From NCBI RefSeq assembly GCF_009914755.1, contig NC_060942.1: a DNA stretch of 64,000 nt. One strand, written 5' to 3'. The DNA is from the human T2T-CHM13v2.0 reference genome, Homo sapiens. The notes under the pieces are model-generated. The model was not told the origin of the DNA. It did not search any database and was given only the letters and a program-made list of their open reading frames with translations. Position numbers and translations under genes: made by a program. Of the stretch, positions 43,565 through 57,290 are shown in pieces; positions within the stretch are counted from its first letter, which is position 1; every line of letters begins with the position of its first letter.

Positions 43565-44214
43565 GACAGAAGTTATTAAACTGACTTCCACCTAATTATC
43601 TTACCACTTTAACTTAACATTACTCTTTCCTCTGTAAAACTCAATTGATGACAAAAACACCGTGCTCATGGCTAGTAGGTCATCTCACTTCTGCTCCCAC
43701 CAGTTAAATTCTAGGCCTGCTATGATTCAGTTTTGTTTATTCCCATGTTGTTTGTGGTAGGTGTACTCACGCTAGTAACTAAATTATCTAAATTACTGCA
43801 TAAACTAGTGAAACATGAATGCAAAAAAGATGAGTATCTTAAAGAAAAAGCTGCTACTGAATTATGAATAGGTGAGACAGCTGTAAAGGGCTGGAATAAA
43901 AAAAAAAGTAATATAGAATGATTTTGTAATCATTGTAAAGTCCTGCTCCATTTAAAAGAAACAGATACTGCAGATTGTATGGAATGTGGGTGCTGGGTGT
44001 GGTTTTATTCAAGGACTGCTCTGATTGACAGACACAATTTCAAATAAAAGGCCATGACCCCAAATCCTAAGTATATTTAAGTTAAAATAAAACATCTAAG
44101 ACACATATGTATAACTTTACATAATTCTCCACTTTAACCAACTTTTGTTTTTTTTTTTGAGTAATCACAGATTACTAGTGCCAACTATGTGAAGATTAGA
44201 GGGCTTCAAACTGT
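43565..44214 (+). mobile_element. Old Tigger-family DNA transposon remnant
   Basis: Decayed transposase-like segment (aaagaaaaagctgctactgaatta..ggtgagacagctgtaaag..tgggtgtggtttt) and TIR-like end agagggcttcaaactg|TA. Confidence 0.5.
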
Positions 44215-44332
44215 AACTTAAAATGTCAAGTACACAACCAAGGAATAAAACTCTGGGGTTATACTTTTCAAAGACCCTAACTTGAGCTTGCCAGCATAGA
44301 TGTGTTCTCATGAATATATCATACTATTCTTA

Positions 44333-44626
<294 letters not shown>

Positions 44627-44712
44627 TCAAAAAAAAAAAAACCAAACAAACAAACAAAAAAAGAAGCTAGGTGCTACTGAAGTGTCACAATCTGAGCATG
44701 TCTTTTTCTTAA

Positions 44713-44991
<279 letters not shown>

Positions 44992-45173
44992 TGAACTCCT
45001 GACCTAGTAATCTGCCTGCCTCGGCCTCCCAAAGTGCTGGATTACAGGCGGGAGCCACCGCACCTGGCCGATGCTTTCTAATAAAGCACATGACCTGATC
45101 ACTTTTTTGCACAAAGTGGAACTTGTTTGTTTGCCCTTCCAAAGCATTCCCAAGCCACTAGGTGTTGACTACA

Positions 45174-45416
45174 CAGGTTGAGTTATCCCCTATCCAAAAA
45201 CACATGGGACCAGGAATGTTTGAGATTTTGGAGTATTTGCATCATACCTGCCAGTTGGGCATCCCTACTCTGAAAATCTGAAATGCTCCAGTGAGTATTT
45301 TCTTTGAGCATTATGCTGGTGCTCAAAAAGCCTCAGATTTTGGAGCTCTAAAACAAAATCGGAGGCTTTTTGAGCATTTAGGATTTCACATTTTCGGATT
45401 AGAAGTGTTCAGCCTG
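45174..45416. mobile_element. Tigger4a/MER46A MITE
   Basis: caggttgagttatcccctatcc ... ggattagaagtgttcagcctg|TA termini. Confidence 0.8.
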
Positions 45417-46219
45417 TATGTGCTTTTGTTCTACAACAGAAAATCAGTTAGAAGAACAGAGAGTACAATGAAACTTCCACATCTACGTATCATTTATACA
45501 GGCTAAATGTCCAGGAGATTCCCTCATTTAGTGCAGCAGGTGCAGTTTGGTGTGCAGAATTGAGATCACTTTCTATTGATGCTTAAGAAATTCTGAAAGG
45601 GGTGTATAAACACAGAACTGGTCATATTCTATACTCAGGGGAGTTACTATTTGGATATGTAAGTTCACAGTGGGCTACAACTTGACAAGGTGGCAAGAAG
45701 GCAGTCAGCCACAGTTACATTCCTAACAAGAGACAGACAATATTCTGCAGAAAAACACTGGGCAAATTGCATTAAGGACAAAGGGAGAATTAGTCTAAGG
45801 GTCTAGGGTTGGTCCCTTTCATCCCTTACTAATATTGACCATTAGAAAACTGAAAATAAATAAAAGAAAAAAAAGGAAAACAGAAATAAAAGAGAAAAAA
45901 GAAAACTATGTAAAAATCCCTTAATCAAATACTTTTGATACTATAAGCAACTGTCAGTCACACCCTTAGTAGAATATTTTCTGTTAAATACCTAACAGGT
46001 ATATTATTAACTGAGGAAATATGCTTGAGGGTCCACAGAACACTATCTAGCCTATGGTTGGTATTAATAAATAGGTGTTTAATGTATGGTTCATTGGGTA
46101 CAGAGAAGACAAATGGTTTGAGCATGGGCCACTCTTGAGACAGGGGAGAAAGACAGGCCTGGTCTACACCCAAAAGGGTCATGTGTTTATTAGGTTTTGC
46201 AGATCAGGGAAAAAAGTAA

Positions 46220-46429
<210 letters not shown>

Positions 46430-47732
46430 TAGTAGAGACGGGTTTTCACCATGTTGGCCAGGCTAGTCTCAAACTCCTGAACTCAGGTGATCTGCCCGCG
46501 TTGGCCTCCCAAAGTGCTGGGATTACGGGCGTGAGCCATCGTGCCTGGCCACCAACCCAGTTTAAGCCACTGCCAATAAAGACAGAGGAAACTATTTCTT
46601 CACTTCCCTAAATCTTTTGATTATAGTATCCTAAACTCAGATTAGGGATTATAGGGAAGCTCACCAATCATACCACTGTTTCTGTAGGAACACATATTCT
46701 GAGTTCCAAACAACTAACATGATTTCTCAACTACAAATACATTCTAATGTTGGGGACTACTCGAATAGATACTTTTTAAAAGGTGACACAAACTAAAGGA
46801 GAAAAACAATCTTGTTTTGTAATTTTGCAGGTGACGAAGGTATTAGCTTTTTTGAGTACTTTGAGTTTTTATTTGAAAACTCGAAGATATTTTTAAAAAT
46901 AATAGAATTTATAATCTCAGAGTGAAATAAAATTCAGAAGCCGTATTATGATATATTAGCCTGTATTTTTTAAGTTGCTACATGGCACAAGTCACCAAAA
47001 ACAAAGTAAAAAAACCTAAAATATTTATAACATTATTAGAAATGGCTAATTTCTCACTTTCTTACACACACACAAACACACACATACACGCATGCACACA
47101 CACCTCTCCCCTACAAATCAAAACAACAAAAACCCAATAAAAGGGTGAAAGAAACAGCTAACATCAAAGTAAATATACAAATGGCTCTGAAGATGGAAAT
47201 TCCCATTTTCAAGGGAACTGACCTATTATTTTCTACCTATAAGATTGTCAAATAACAAAAACCTTACAACAATGCTAGTAAGAGTGGGGAAAAGAACTCT
47301 CATATTTAGCTGTGAGAGTATAAACTGCCCTCTAAGAGCTATCACAGTTATAAGCCCATATATTCTTACGCTTCTACAATCTTCTTGTACAATTGATCCT
47401 GTAGAAATATGTGCACAAGTGCAAAATAACTTCTGTATTTTATAATTATTGTTTGAATTAGCATGAGGCTGGTACAGCTATATAATGGAATGCTATACAC
47501 TCATAAAAGTGGTTGACCTAGGGGGACAGGGAAGGAGGGAGGCAGTTTTCACTGTATATTCTTATTTATTTTTTTTAATAAATTTTGAGTCATACATACA
47601 CATTACTTTTTCAAATAAATATGATTAAGTTAGAAAAGAAAAACAAATTAAATATACAGAAATGATACACTTTACTAGTCTTAGCATATTGATTAGACGT
47701 TTGGTTAGTGCTACTGATATTATTTTAAATTA

Positions 47733-48073
47733 CAGTAGCCCCCCTCCCTTATCTGCAGTTTCACTTTCTATCATTTCAGCTCCTTTCAGTCAACCATAGT
47801 CCAAATGCAGGTGGGTACAGTACAGAATAAAAAGATATTTGAGAGTGAGTAAGACCACGTTCACCAACTTTTATTACAGTATATTGTTATAAGTCTTCTA
47901 TTTTATTATTGTTAATCTCTTACTCTGTCTTGTTTATAAATCCAATGTTATCACAGGTATGTACATATAGGAAAAAACATAGTATGTATATATAGGGTTT
48001 GGTACTCTGCGGTTTCAAGCATCCACTTAAGGTCTTGGGAAGGCATCCCTGTTGGATAAGGGGGGGACTACTG
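47733..48073 (+). mobile_element. MER44A-like MITE in the MEX3C intron
   Basis: TA|cagtagccccctcccttatc ... ggataagggggggactactg|TA; shares internal sequence with the copy at 1134-1712. Confidence 0.88.
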
Positions 48074-49244
48074 TACAAACAGCAGGGTAAATGATTTCGT
48101 AGCCTCAAAGTTGAACAAAGTTTTGAAATTTAAAAATGTGAGGACTACACTTCTTATAGCTACAGATAAAAATCCACATATGGCAAGTTGTATTCAAGGT
48201 AATCAATGGGCAGAAGTCTAGACTAGACTGTTTAGAGGTCAAGAACTAATTTTATCTTGATTTGGAAGTAAATTCCCTAAAAAAAGAGTCTCCAACTTAA
48301 CCTCACTGGTGTAGGAACCCATTTTCCTTTCCTACATCACTGTTGCTGGGGCTATGTTTCACCTTAAAACCCTTTAGCTGCAGCTAGAACTCTGGTCCTC
48401 TCACTCCCTAATACAGCAAAGGATTCTGCCTTGCTTCTCCAGGGTAAATAAAGAGAGCTTTTCCTAGCCTTAGAAATTAAGACGGGGAGGTCCTCTGCCG
48501 CTGGGAAAGGGGTTGAAAGAAAAGAAATTAAAATGAAGGTAATCTTCAGTGTTTTTCAAACCATGGGTTGCAGTATCAATTCAGTAGGTGCAGTCAGCAT
48601 TTAAAAAAAGAACTCAATATGTTCCAAATGTTTCAGTGAAATATATAATGGGCTGCAAAATAAAATGTTCTTTTTCCTGTCAGAAAAGTTTAAAACCACT
48701 AGACAACATCACCTTTAAGGCCACTTTCTAGTTCCATTAACACATGTGAAATGATGTACTTACAACTAAGAACCAGTACAGTGATAGTGAAAAGGAGGGA
48801 GTGTGGCATTATTGAGAAAACCTGGGTTTAAGATCTGACTTTACAGATGAAATTTCCATACAGTTGAAAATGGTAATACTATAGTTCTGCTCTATGGTCA
48901 CCTAAAGTAGCTTGTGGAGGCCAGACAGCTCAGACATATTTGTAACACCAAATTTTTAAAAACCCATTATTTATTTTCTAGCCACCAGCAACATATCTTG
49001 GATACTCAGAGCAGGATTTTTCAAGTTTTGTTTTTGTTTTTAAACCACGGTTCATTTAGATGGCAGCAAAAAGACCACATGGCCTATCCATACCATTTGT
49101 TCCCACTTCCCAACAGAAAAAGCACCATGTGATAAAGAATTGAGTTAATATTTAGGTCACCAGTAGTGTACAATTAAGCAGAAAATGAAAGTCCATGGAG
49201 CTGTTCATCATTCACCACTAAATCCTTTAAAAAGCTATAGTAGA

Positions 49245-50196
49245 CAGTATGATAGGCAGAATCCTAAGATGGCTCCTCAAGATTCCTGGGCCTAGTATGT
49301 ACACATACTTTCAGTTAAACAAACACTAACCTAGGTGGCCCCTGTGAAGGGACTTTGCAAATATAATTACAATCCAAATCAGTTCAGCTTAAAATAGTAA
49401 AATTATCCAGATTATCTGGGTGGGCCTGACCTAATCATAAGTTTTTTAAAAGCAGAGGTTTTGGCTGATTGTGGTGGCTCATGCCTGTAATCCTAGCACT
49501 TTGGAGGCTGAGGCCAGAGGACTGCTTGAAGCCAGGAGTTAATGACAGGCTGAGCAACATAGCAGGACGCTGTTTCTACAAAAAAACAAACAAAAATAAA
49601 AACAACAAAAAAAATTAGCCATGTATGGTGGTGTGTCCCTGGAGTCCTAGCTATATGGGAGGCTAATAAGGTGAAGAATTGCTTGTGTCCAGGAGGTCAT
49701 GGCTGCAGTGGGTTATGATCACACCAATGCACTCCAGCCTGGGCAACAGAGTGAGACCCTGTCTCTTAAAAAAATTTTTTTTTTTCCTAGCATGACTCAG
49801 AAGAGAAGTCAGAGAGATGTGCTCTGGCTAACCTGGAAGAAGAAAGCAAACAATGTATGTTGTAAATTGCCTATGGTGACCCCAAGGCAAGGAACTTCAG
49901 GTGTCTTCTAGGAGCTGTGAGCTAGAAGGAAAATGGAGGTAGAGGTCATCATCCTGCAACACCCACCTCCCACTCCCTACTCAAAATGAATTTTATCAAA
50001 AACCAGCAAGCTTGGGTGAGGACATGAGCCGCAGATAAGCACTGCAGTCCTGCCCAATACCTTGATTTGAACACAGTGAGACCCTGAACAGACACACCAT
50101 GCCTAGACTTCTGACCTACAGAAATGGAGATAATAAATTTGTGTTGTTGTAAGCTGCTAAATTAGCAGTAACTGTTACAAAGTAATAAAAACTACT
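49245..50196 (+). mobile_element. MLT1-type LTR interrupted by AluJ
   Basis: ggcagaatcctaagatggctcc start; agacttctgacctacagaaatggagataataaatttgtgttgttgtaagctgctaaatt end. Confidence 0.78.
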
Positions 50197-50759
50197 AGAG
50201 ATTCTCAGAGCCCTTAAAAACTCCACAATCACTGCCCCAAGAGAGGAGAGACTAAAATGTTAGATATATTACATTCTTATTCAATACCCTACAAGACATT
50301 CTGGAAGTCTCTCAAGAATTATTGTAAGAAGTAGCTTTTGGCTGTGTGTGATGCCTCAAGCCTGTAATCTCAACGCTTTGGGGAGCTGAGGTGGGAGGAT
50401 CACTTGAGTTCAGGAGTTTGAAACCAGCCTAGGCAACATGGCAAAACCCCATCTCTACAAAAAATATAAAAAACTATCTGGGTGTGGTGGTGCACACCTG
50501 TGGTCCTAGCTACTTGGGAGGCTGAGGTTGGGAGGATCACCTAAGCCTAGGATGTCAAGGCTGCAGAGATCCGAGATCGTGCCACTGCATTCAAGCCTGG
50601 GCAACAGAGTGAGACCCTGACCCAAAGAAAAGAAAAAAAAAAAATTAAGAAGCAGTTTTCAACATAAAATACTGTATTAAGGTGTTACAGTAAATATGGA
50701 ATTGCCAATAGTTCAATTAAAGTCCAAAAATATTTCTGTCCTTTAATTCCCTATTACCT

Positions 50760-51360
50760 GCTTTAGTTTCCTAATGCTGCCTTAACAAGTTACCACAGTG
50801 GCTTTAATGACAAAAATTTATTGTTTTTACATATATTTGTTATTTTACAGTTTGGTGGGTCAGACATCTGATATGGGTCTCAACAGGGCTAAAATCAAGG
50901 TGTTTGCAAGGGCTATGTTCCTTGCAAGAAGCTTGAGGGATCCAGTTCCTTGCACATGCAGGTTGTTGGCAGAATTTGATTGCTTGCAGTGAAAGGACTG
51001 AGTGTCCTTGCTGGCTGTCAGCTGAGGGTCATTCCCAGCTTCTAGAGGCCACCTACATTCCCTGGCTTGTGACTCATCTTCAGAGCGAGCAATGGAGGCT
51101 GAGTCCTTCTCATGCTTCACATCTTCTTTTTCAGATCTCAGACCCAACTGGGAAAGGTTTTCTGCTTTTAGGGTCTCATGTGATTATACCCAGATGATCA
51201 TCCAGATGATCTCAAGCTCCCCAAAGCAAGGTCCATACCCTCAATCACGTCTGCATAAACACCTGCAACATCCCTTTTGCCAAATGAGGTGACATATTCA
51301 GAGTTCCTGGGGAATTCGGATATGGACTTGTTGGGTGGGTGGGATTACTCTGCCTATGAC
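50760..51360 (-). mobile_element. MLT1-type LTR
   Basis: ttagtttcctaatgctgccttaacaagttaccaca ... gggctaaaatcaaggtgt ... ggtgacatattcagagttcctgggg. Confidence 0.78.
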
Positions 51361-51530
51361 ATTACCTTTCTCCTTTCCTTCAATTATTTTCCTTTTCTTC
51401 CAAGTACCTAGCTTTTAAATCCCAATTCAGGAATAGTAACCCAAAGGCCAGGGCAGCGAATAGACATAAGGTAGGGTCAGGAAAGGTTTGAGGAATCACG
51501 GGCATTGGAATAGGTGAAGGGATAAATCTA

Positions 51531-51662
<132 letters not shown>

Positions 51663-53315
51663 CTATAATAAACAAATAATATTAAAATAAAAATATCAAA
51701 TAGGGAGAAAATATAGAAGCCAAGTGTTTACAATGACTTTTACTAGGAGATTATGTTTATGTTGGGAGATTAGTGGTTTGGTACGTGATACACAGTAAAA
51801 GTGGCTTCCACTTATCCTAGGCGTTCCCAGCAAAATCACTGCTTGGGTGAACTCTAAGAGCATTTTATCAATTGTGAGATAAAGTGCAGCCTAATACCTG
51901 AACTTACCCATTCACATGTTAAATTCCCTATAAAGATGCTAGTGCTACTTCCAGGTGGTATAAATGAACCAGCATCATTTCTGCTCTCAAGCTTAGTCTA
52001 GAGGGAAAAAAGTAAAGCAACACTGAATACAGTAACCGGTTTAAAGGTACCTACAAAGCAGTAGGTACATACAAAAGGAGATGACTTTACTACTTACAGT
52101 AAATAAAAGAAAGCTTTAAAGGCATCTGAACTGAGGCTTAAAGAAAATGGTTTTGCCAGATGGGAAGGAGAGCAGAGGGAACTGCAAGTGCAAAAGCAAG
52201 GAATCAAGAGTACAGGATGGCACAGTCAGACAACTGGGTTCAGCAGTGTGAGAGCTTCACGTCACTGGAGGATAGAATGGCAGGGATAAAGCTGGATGGG
52301 GAGACAGAAGTCTCTGATGTCAGGCAAGGGAATTTCGACTTTATCGTGTAGTAGAAAAAACTGGAGATAGACAGTAACATAAACAGATATGCATGTTAAG
52401 ACTAGTGGGTGCATAAAAGATGCAAAAGAGACAAGACGGGGGACTCACCACAAGGCCTATCACAATAATGAACAGAAAAATGCTGAGAACAAAGGACAGA
52501 ATGCAAGGCTGGGGCTATGTATGACCACTGTTATGAACATCAAGTACGTGTTGTAGATTTTGCAAAAAGGAACTTGTTTTCTAGAAACTAAACGCATTAT
52601 GTTTTCCATTCATTTCATACATTAGCTACAAATACAAGGTGACTAAAGAAAGCTCAAACCCTTACAAGCAAACATCACAACTGCATTATGTGTATATTTT
52701 CACTTTTGGCAGTCCTTGGGGTTTTTCTTCAAAAATTTCCCAAGAGGTTTTGTTTTGAAGGGTAAAGAGAGAGGGGAGTTAAACATCTTGAGTAGCTCTT
52801 CTTACCTTCAAGAAAAATAAAACTCTTTGGCCTGAAATTAAGTCCCCACCCCTTCTGCATATTAAGTGGCCACAACCCACCTTCTCCCAGACTTCATCCC
52901 CCAAACATGTCTTGTTCCTCTTCTATCTCTGCTCGGGTATTTCCTTACATAATCTGGAAAACCCTCCTAGTATTCCTTTTCCTCCCTGAGTTATCTGAAT
53001 AACAAACATGGCCATTTGGAAAAGATAAAACTGTATGTGTGAAAGGCTCCACGAACTTAAGAATAATACAAACATAGGCACAACTCATTATTATAGCTAT
53101 CATGTATGAATCCATTAAGGTCCAGTTCAAGGGAAACAATATAAGCAGCAAAAAACTGACTATCTGCAGGACTCGGAACCTGCTGTTTCAACGTTAGGGC
53201 AAACTATGATTAAAGATACTTCCTTCGTTTGTTTTTTGCAAAGATTAAATGAAATAATGTATTAAAAATGCTTACTACAATGCCTGTTATTAAGTGCTTA
53301 GCCCAAGTTGTCTTA

Positions 53316-53471
<156 letters not shown>

Positions 53472-56400
53472 TCAAAAAAAACAAAAACAAAAACAAACAA
53501 AAACCCTAAATCATCTCACGTTTCATGATATATAAGAATGAATGAAGGTGTTGTATTAATAATTTTATACAAAATAAGGTCCCTTTCCCCTTGGAATAGT
53601 CTAGACAGAATATTCAAAAGCTCCTTTCATTTTATAGAAACACATAAAATACTGTATTAAGGTGTTACAGTAAATATGGAATTGCCATTAGTTCTATTAA
53701 TCAATTCTAGTATTCTATCTTCAAAGACTAATGAGTATCAACTAAATCCCAGTAAGAATGTTTCATGTACACAACATTAATTCAACATTTTAAGTAATAA
53801 TTTAAGAATGCAATGTATTCCTAAATGCATAATATAAAACTAATAGCTTTCCTTTCTAGGGTTCAAGTGGCCTCCTTGTAGCTATTTTAAGGCAAGAATA
53901 CTGTTTGTCTCACTTTAGGGATTACTATGACAATACTTCAAACACCTTCATTTATGTGATTTTAGTTTCACTATCAGTATTCATATAAACATTTAATGCC
54001 TTCAATCAAGTAGCATCTACTGTACTTCAAACAAAAGTGCCAAACAACTTGAGGTTGACTGGGTCCTTACATAAAAAGCTGTTTGGCCAGTTGTGGTGAC
54101 TTATGCCTGTAATCCCAGCACTTTGGGAGGCCGAGGTGGGTGGACTGCTTGAGCTCAGCTTCAGCTCAGAAGTTCAAGACCAGCCTGGGCAACATAGTAA
54201 AACCCCGTCTCTACCAAAAATACAAAAAACTAGCCAGGCGTGGTGGTGTGCACTTACCGTCCCAGCTACTGGGGATCACTTGAGCCTGGGAGGCGGAGGT
54301 TGCAATGAGCTGAGATTGCTCTACTGCACTCCAGCCTGGGCGACAGAGTGAGACCCTGTCTCAAAAAAAAAAAAATTAAAAAAAATGCTGGGAATAAAGG
54401 CAAGAGGGAAGAAAACCCCAATTAAAACAATATGGAAAGTACAATGATATAAACAATAAAATGGCAAGTTTATAAGAAAAAAATTTAGTTCAATAAAATA
54501 AAAAGGAAGTATTCCACTTTGTTTTAGGTACTTTAACCAATATTAATAATGCAAAGATGACTAAGATTCAGTTCTACCTTCACTGACTTGTATTAACTTC
54601 AAGCACTGAAAGTATTTAGTGATACATGTTCATGTACACATAGTGACCTATTTTCTTTTCTTATACTGTTGGTTGGTGACAGTAGTCAGATCTTCTACAA
54701 TATCCTTGCTGATTTTTGTCTACTTGTTCTACCACTTACTGAGATAGGCACGTTGACGTCTCAAACAATAATGGCTTGAGACCTTGGATAAGTTGTTTGT
54801 AACTCCATAGACTTGTTTATCTGTTCGGTGGAATTAAGAATGGATTAAATGAGATGACACATGTAGTTTTTGCACAGTGCCTGACACAAGTTTGTTGTTA
54901 TTAAAAGACAAGTGAACTGATTTTTATAGGGAGTTAAAAACATTTAAAGAAACTCCTAAAGATAAAACATATCATAAACTTTGCAAAATTGAGAAGATTT
55001 TGCAAAGTCAATCTAACTGGTAATATGAAATCTGGTTTACTTTTACCTCATTTTAGGGACTCTCTTTGGACAAAAATCAGAATATAAGAAATGTGACAGA
55101 CCACCTAGTTAAATCTCATTTTAGACATGAGGAAAACCGAAGCCTAAAATTGTCCAGTTATAAACTAGTGACCCCTAAACCAATGTTCTCTCAAGCTGCC
55201 TTATTTTCCTAAATCCCAATAAGAATATTTCTAGTGTATTTTTAGGAGTGGAGAAGAATTCCCTGCATGTACAAGGTATTTTAAAAAACAGAAGTTAAAT
55301 TAAATCTAAAACCCCTCTTTTTTCACTTATTTTAGACAAGACAATAAAAAATATTTAATGAAAAGTTTTATTATTTGGCCTTTCAGTAAACCTGAAAGAA
55401 AAAACCAGAAGAGGGTGTAAATTAGAGATGAAAGGCAGAAGTTTTCCTAACTGGGGAGCTTGAAATTATGTTCATGCTCTTTGGAGAATGTTAACAGAAA
55501 CCTTAGAATTATCTGTCTGGGTACCATACAATGGAATTAGATTCATTTGTAAATGATTCTCTTCCAGACTTGCTTAGTTCTTTGCCAGGAAATACATTTC
55601 CAAAGCTCTGATTTTAAATAAATTTTAAGACATATTATAAATTTAAAAAATATAACTTACATAATTTATTGGTATAGCCTACGAAAAACTTACTAAAATG
55701 ACATTTTTTGGCTTTAACTAGCATTTGTTCAGAGTATAAAAGAAATTTAGCAGTAAAAATTTACCTTATCTGATATATAATTTATCATCTCTGTACTTTC
55801 AATTGTACTGTCAATTTCTACTAATGCTATCTTCTCAGACTTGATCCTCACAACAAATGAGGGAGAGGGGAGAGAGAAACCTGGAAGAACAAGTAGATGA
55901 AGTAGGTTTTTTCCAGAAGAGAAAACAGGCTCAGAGAGGTTAAGTGATTTATCCAAGGTCACAGGCAGCAAGTGCAAAACACAAGGTTTCTAACTCCAAG
56001 TCCAATGTCCTTTCCTGCATTATACTAAATGGCACTGGTAGAAAGGCAGAAGAGAAGGCAAAGGGAAAGGGAGGCACAGAGAAGGGAAATAATAATAAAA
56101 AGGTCAGCCCCAAATGCAAATATATACTTTTACATTGGTAACCATTTTGGGAGATCTTTTCTAGTTGTTTGAAGCCATTCCCTCCCCACTTCCCCTTCAA
56201 TCATGTTCAAGACCAAATTACTTATGCTTACCTTCAACTACATCTGCAGTTTTCATTAAAGGATTTTCTTTTATTATTTTAAGGCTTAGTCTTATTATTC
56301 CATGATAGACTTTACTTGTGACCAAACCAGGCTTCTCTGCATGCAATGAGGAATTGTAGTCCGTACTTACCGGACAAGGGCAACAAACACTTGAAGTGTC

Positions 56401-56937
56401 CTTACATCTCAAACACTGGCATGGAAGAGGTCCTATAGTTAGTGTAACTTAAAATTCTCAAAGTCAGTTATAGAATAAAGACTTGAACTACTCAAACAGT
56501 ATTAGACTATGCATACATTCAATTTAGTATATCTGGGTTTGGTAATCCTAACATTAGAAAATTATTTTCAAGGCTTAAATATCAGATTTAATCTTTGTAA
56601 GTCTCTATATAGTAACTAATGGTAGCATGGGGAAAATGTTAAAAGTAAATCCACAAATTATGGCATATAAGCTACTTGGGAAGCATTAAGAATGCAGTTT
56701 AATAAAAAAGGTATCACTTAAGGATCACCTGAATATCAATGGAGATTTAAACATAATTATCCATGATCTACTTGGAGCTTCTTAAAAAGCTTTTTTTATT
56801 TTTAAGTGCAAATACACTCCTTTAGTATCTTATGAACATTATCTACTTTCTCATCTTGAGTTTGGTTACAAATTCTACATGGCAGGAATGACACTGTTTA
56901 GAATTCTATAACAATCCTATAAATTATAAAATAGTAC

Positions 56938-57290
56938 TGTAGTAGTCATCATGGCTCTCCTTGTGGGCACATAGTTGTCATATACTTTCTCAGCCTTTTG
57001 AAGTTAGGTGTGGCCAGATGATTTGCTTTAATGAAATATGAGCAGATGTGATAAGCATTACTTCCGGATCTAACATTTTAAGACCAGTATGTGCTATGCT
57101 GTAGTCTTTCATCTTCTGGCACAACAGAAGATCAGTAACACTGGAGATGGTGGCTGCTGTTGGCCTGTGTCCCTGAATGACTAAAATGAGCAGAGCCCCT
57201 ATGAACAAGAAATAAACCATAGTTGTTTTAACACTGAGGTGTCAGAGTTCTTTGTTAACCACAGCATAACAAGCCCATCTTGACAGAAGT
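56938..57290 (+). mobile_element. Old MLT1 (H/I-like) LTR
   Basis: ttgaagttaggtgtggccagatgatttgcttt..gaaatatgagcaga ... agaaataaacc..ttgttaaccacagcataac. Confidence 0.65.
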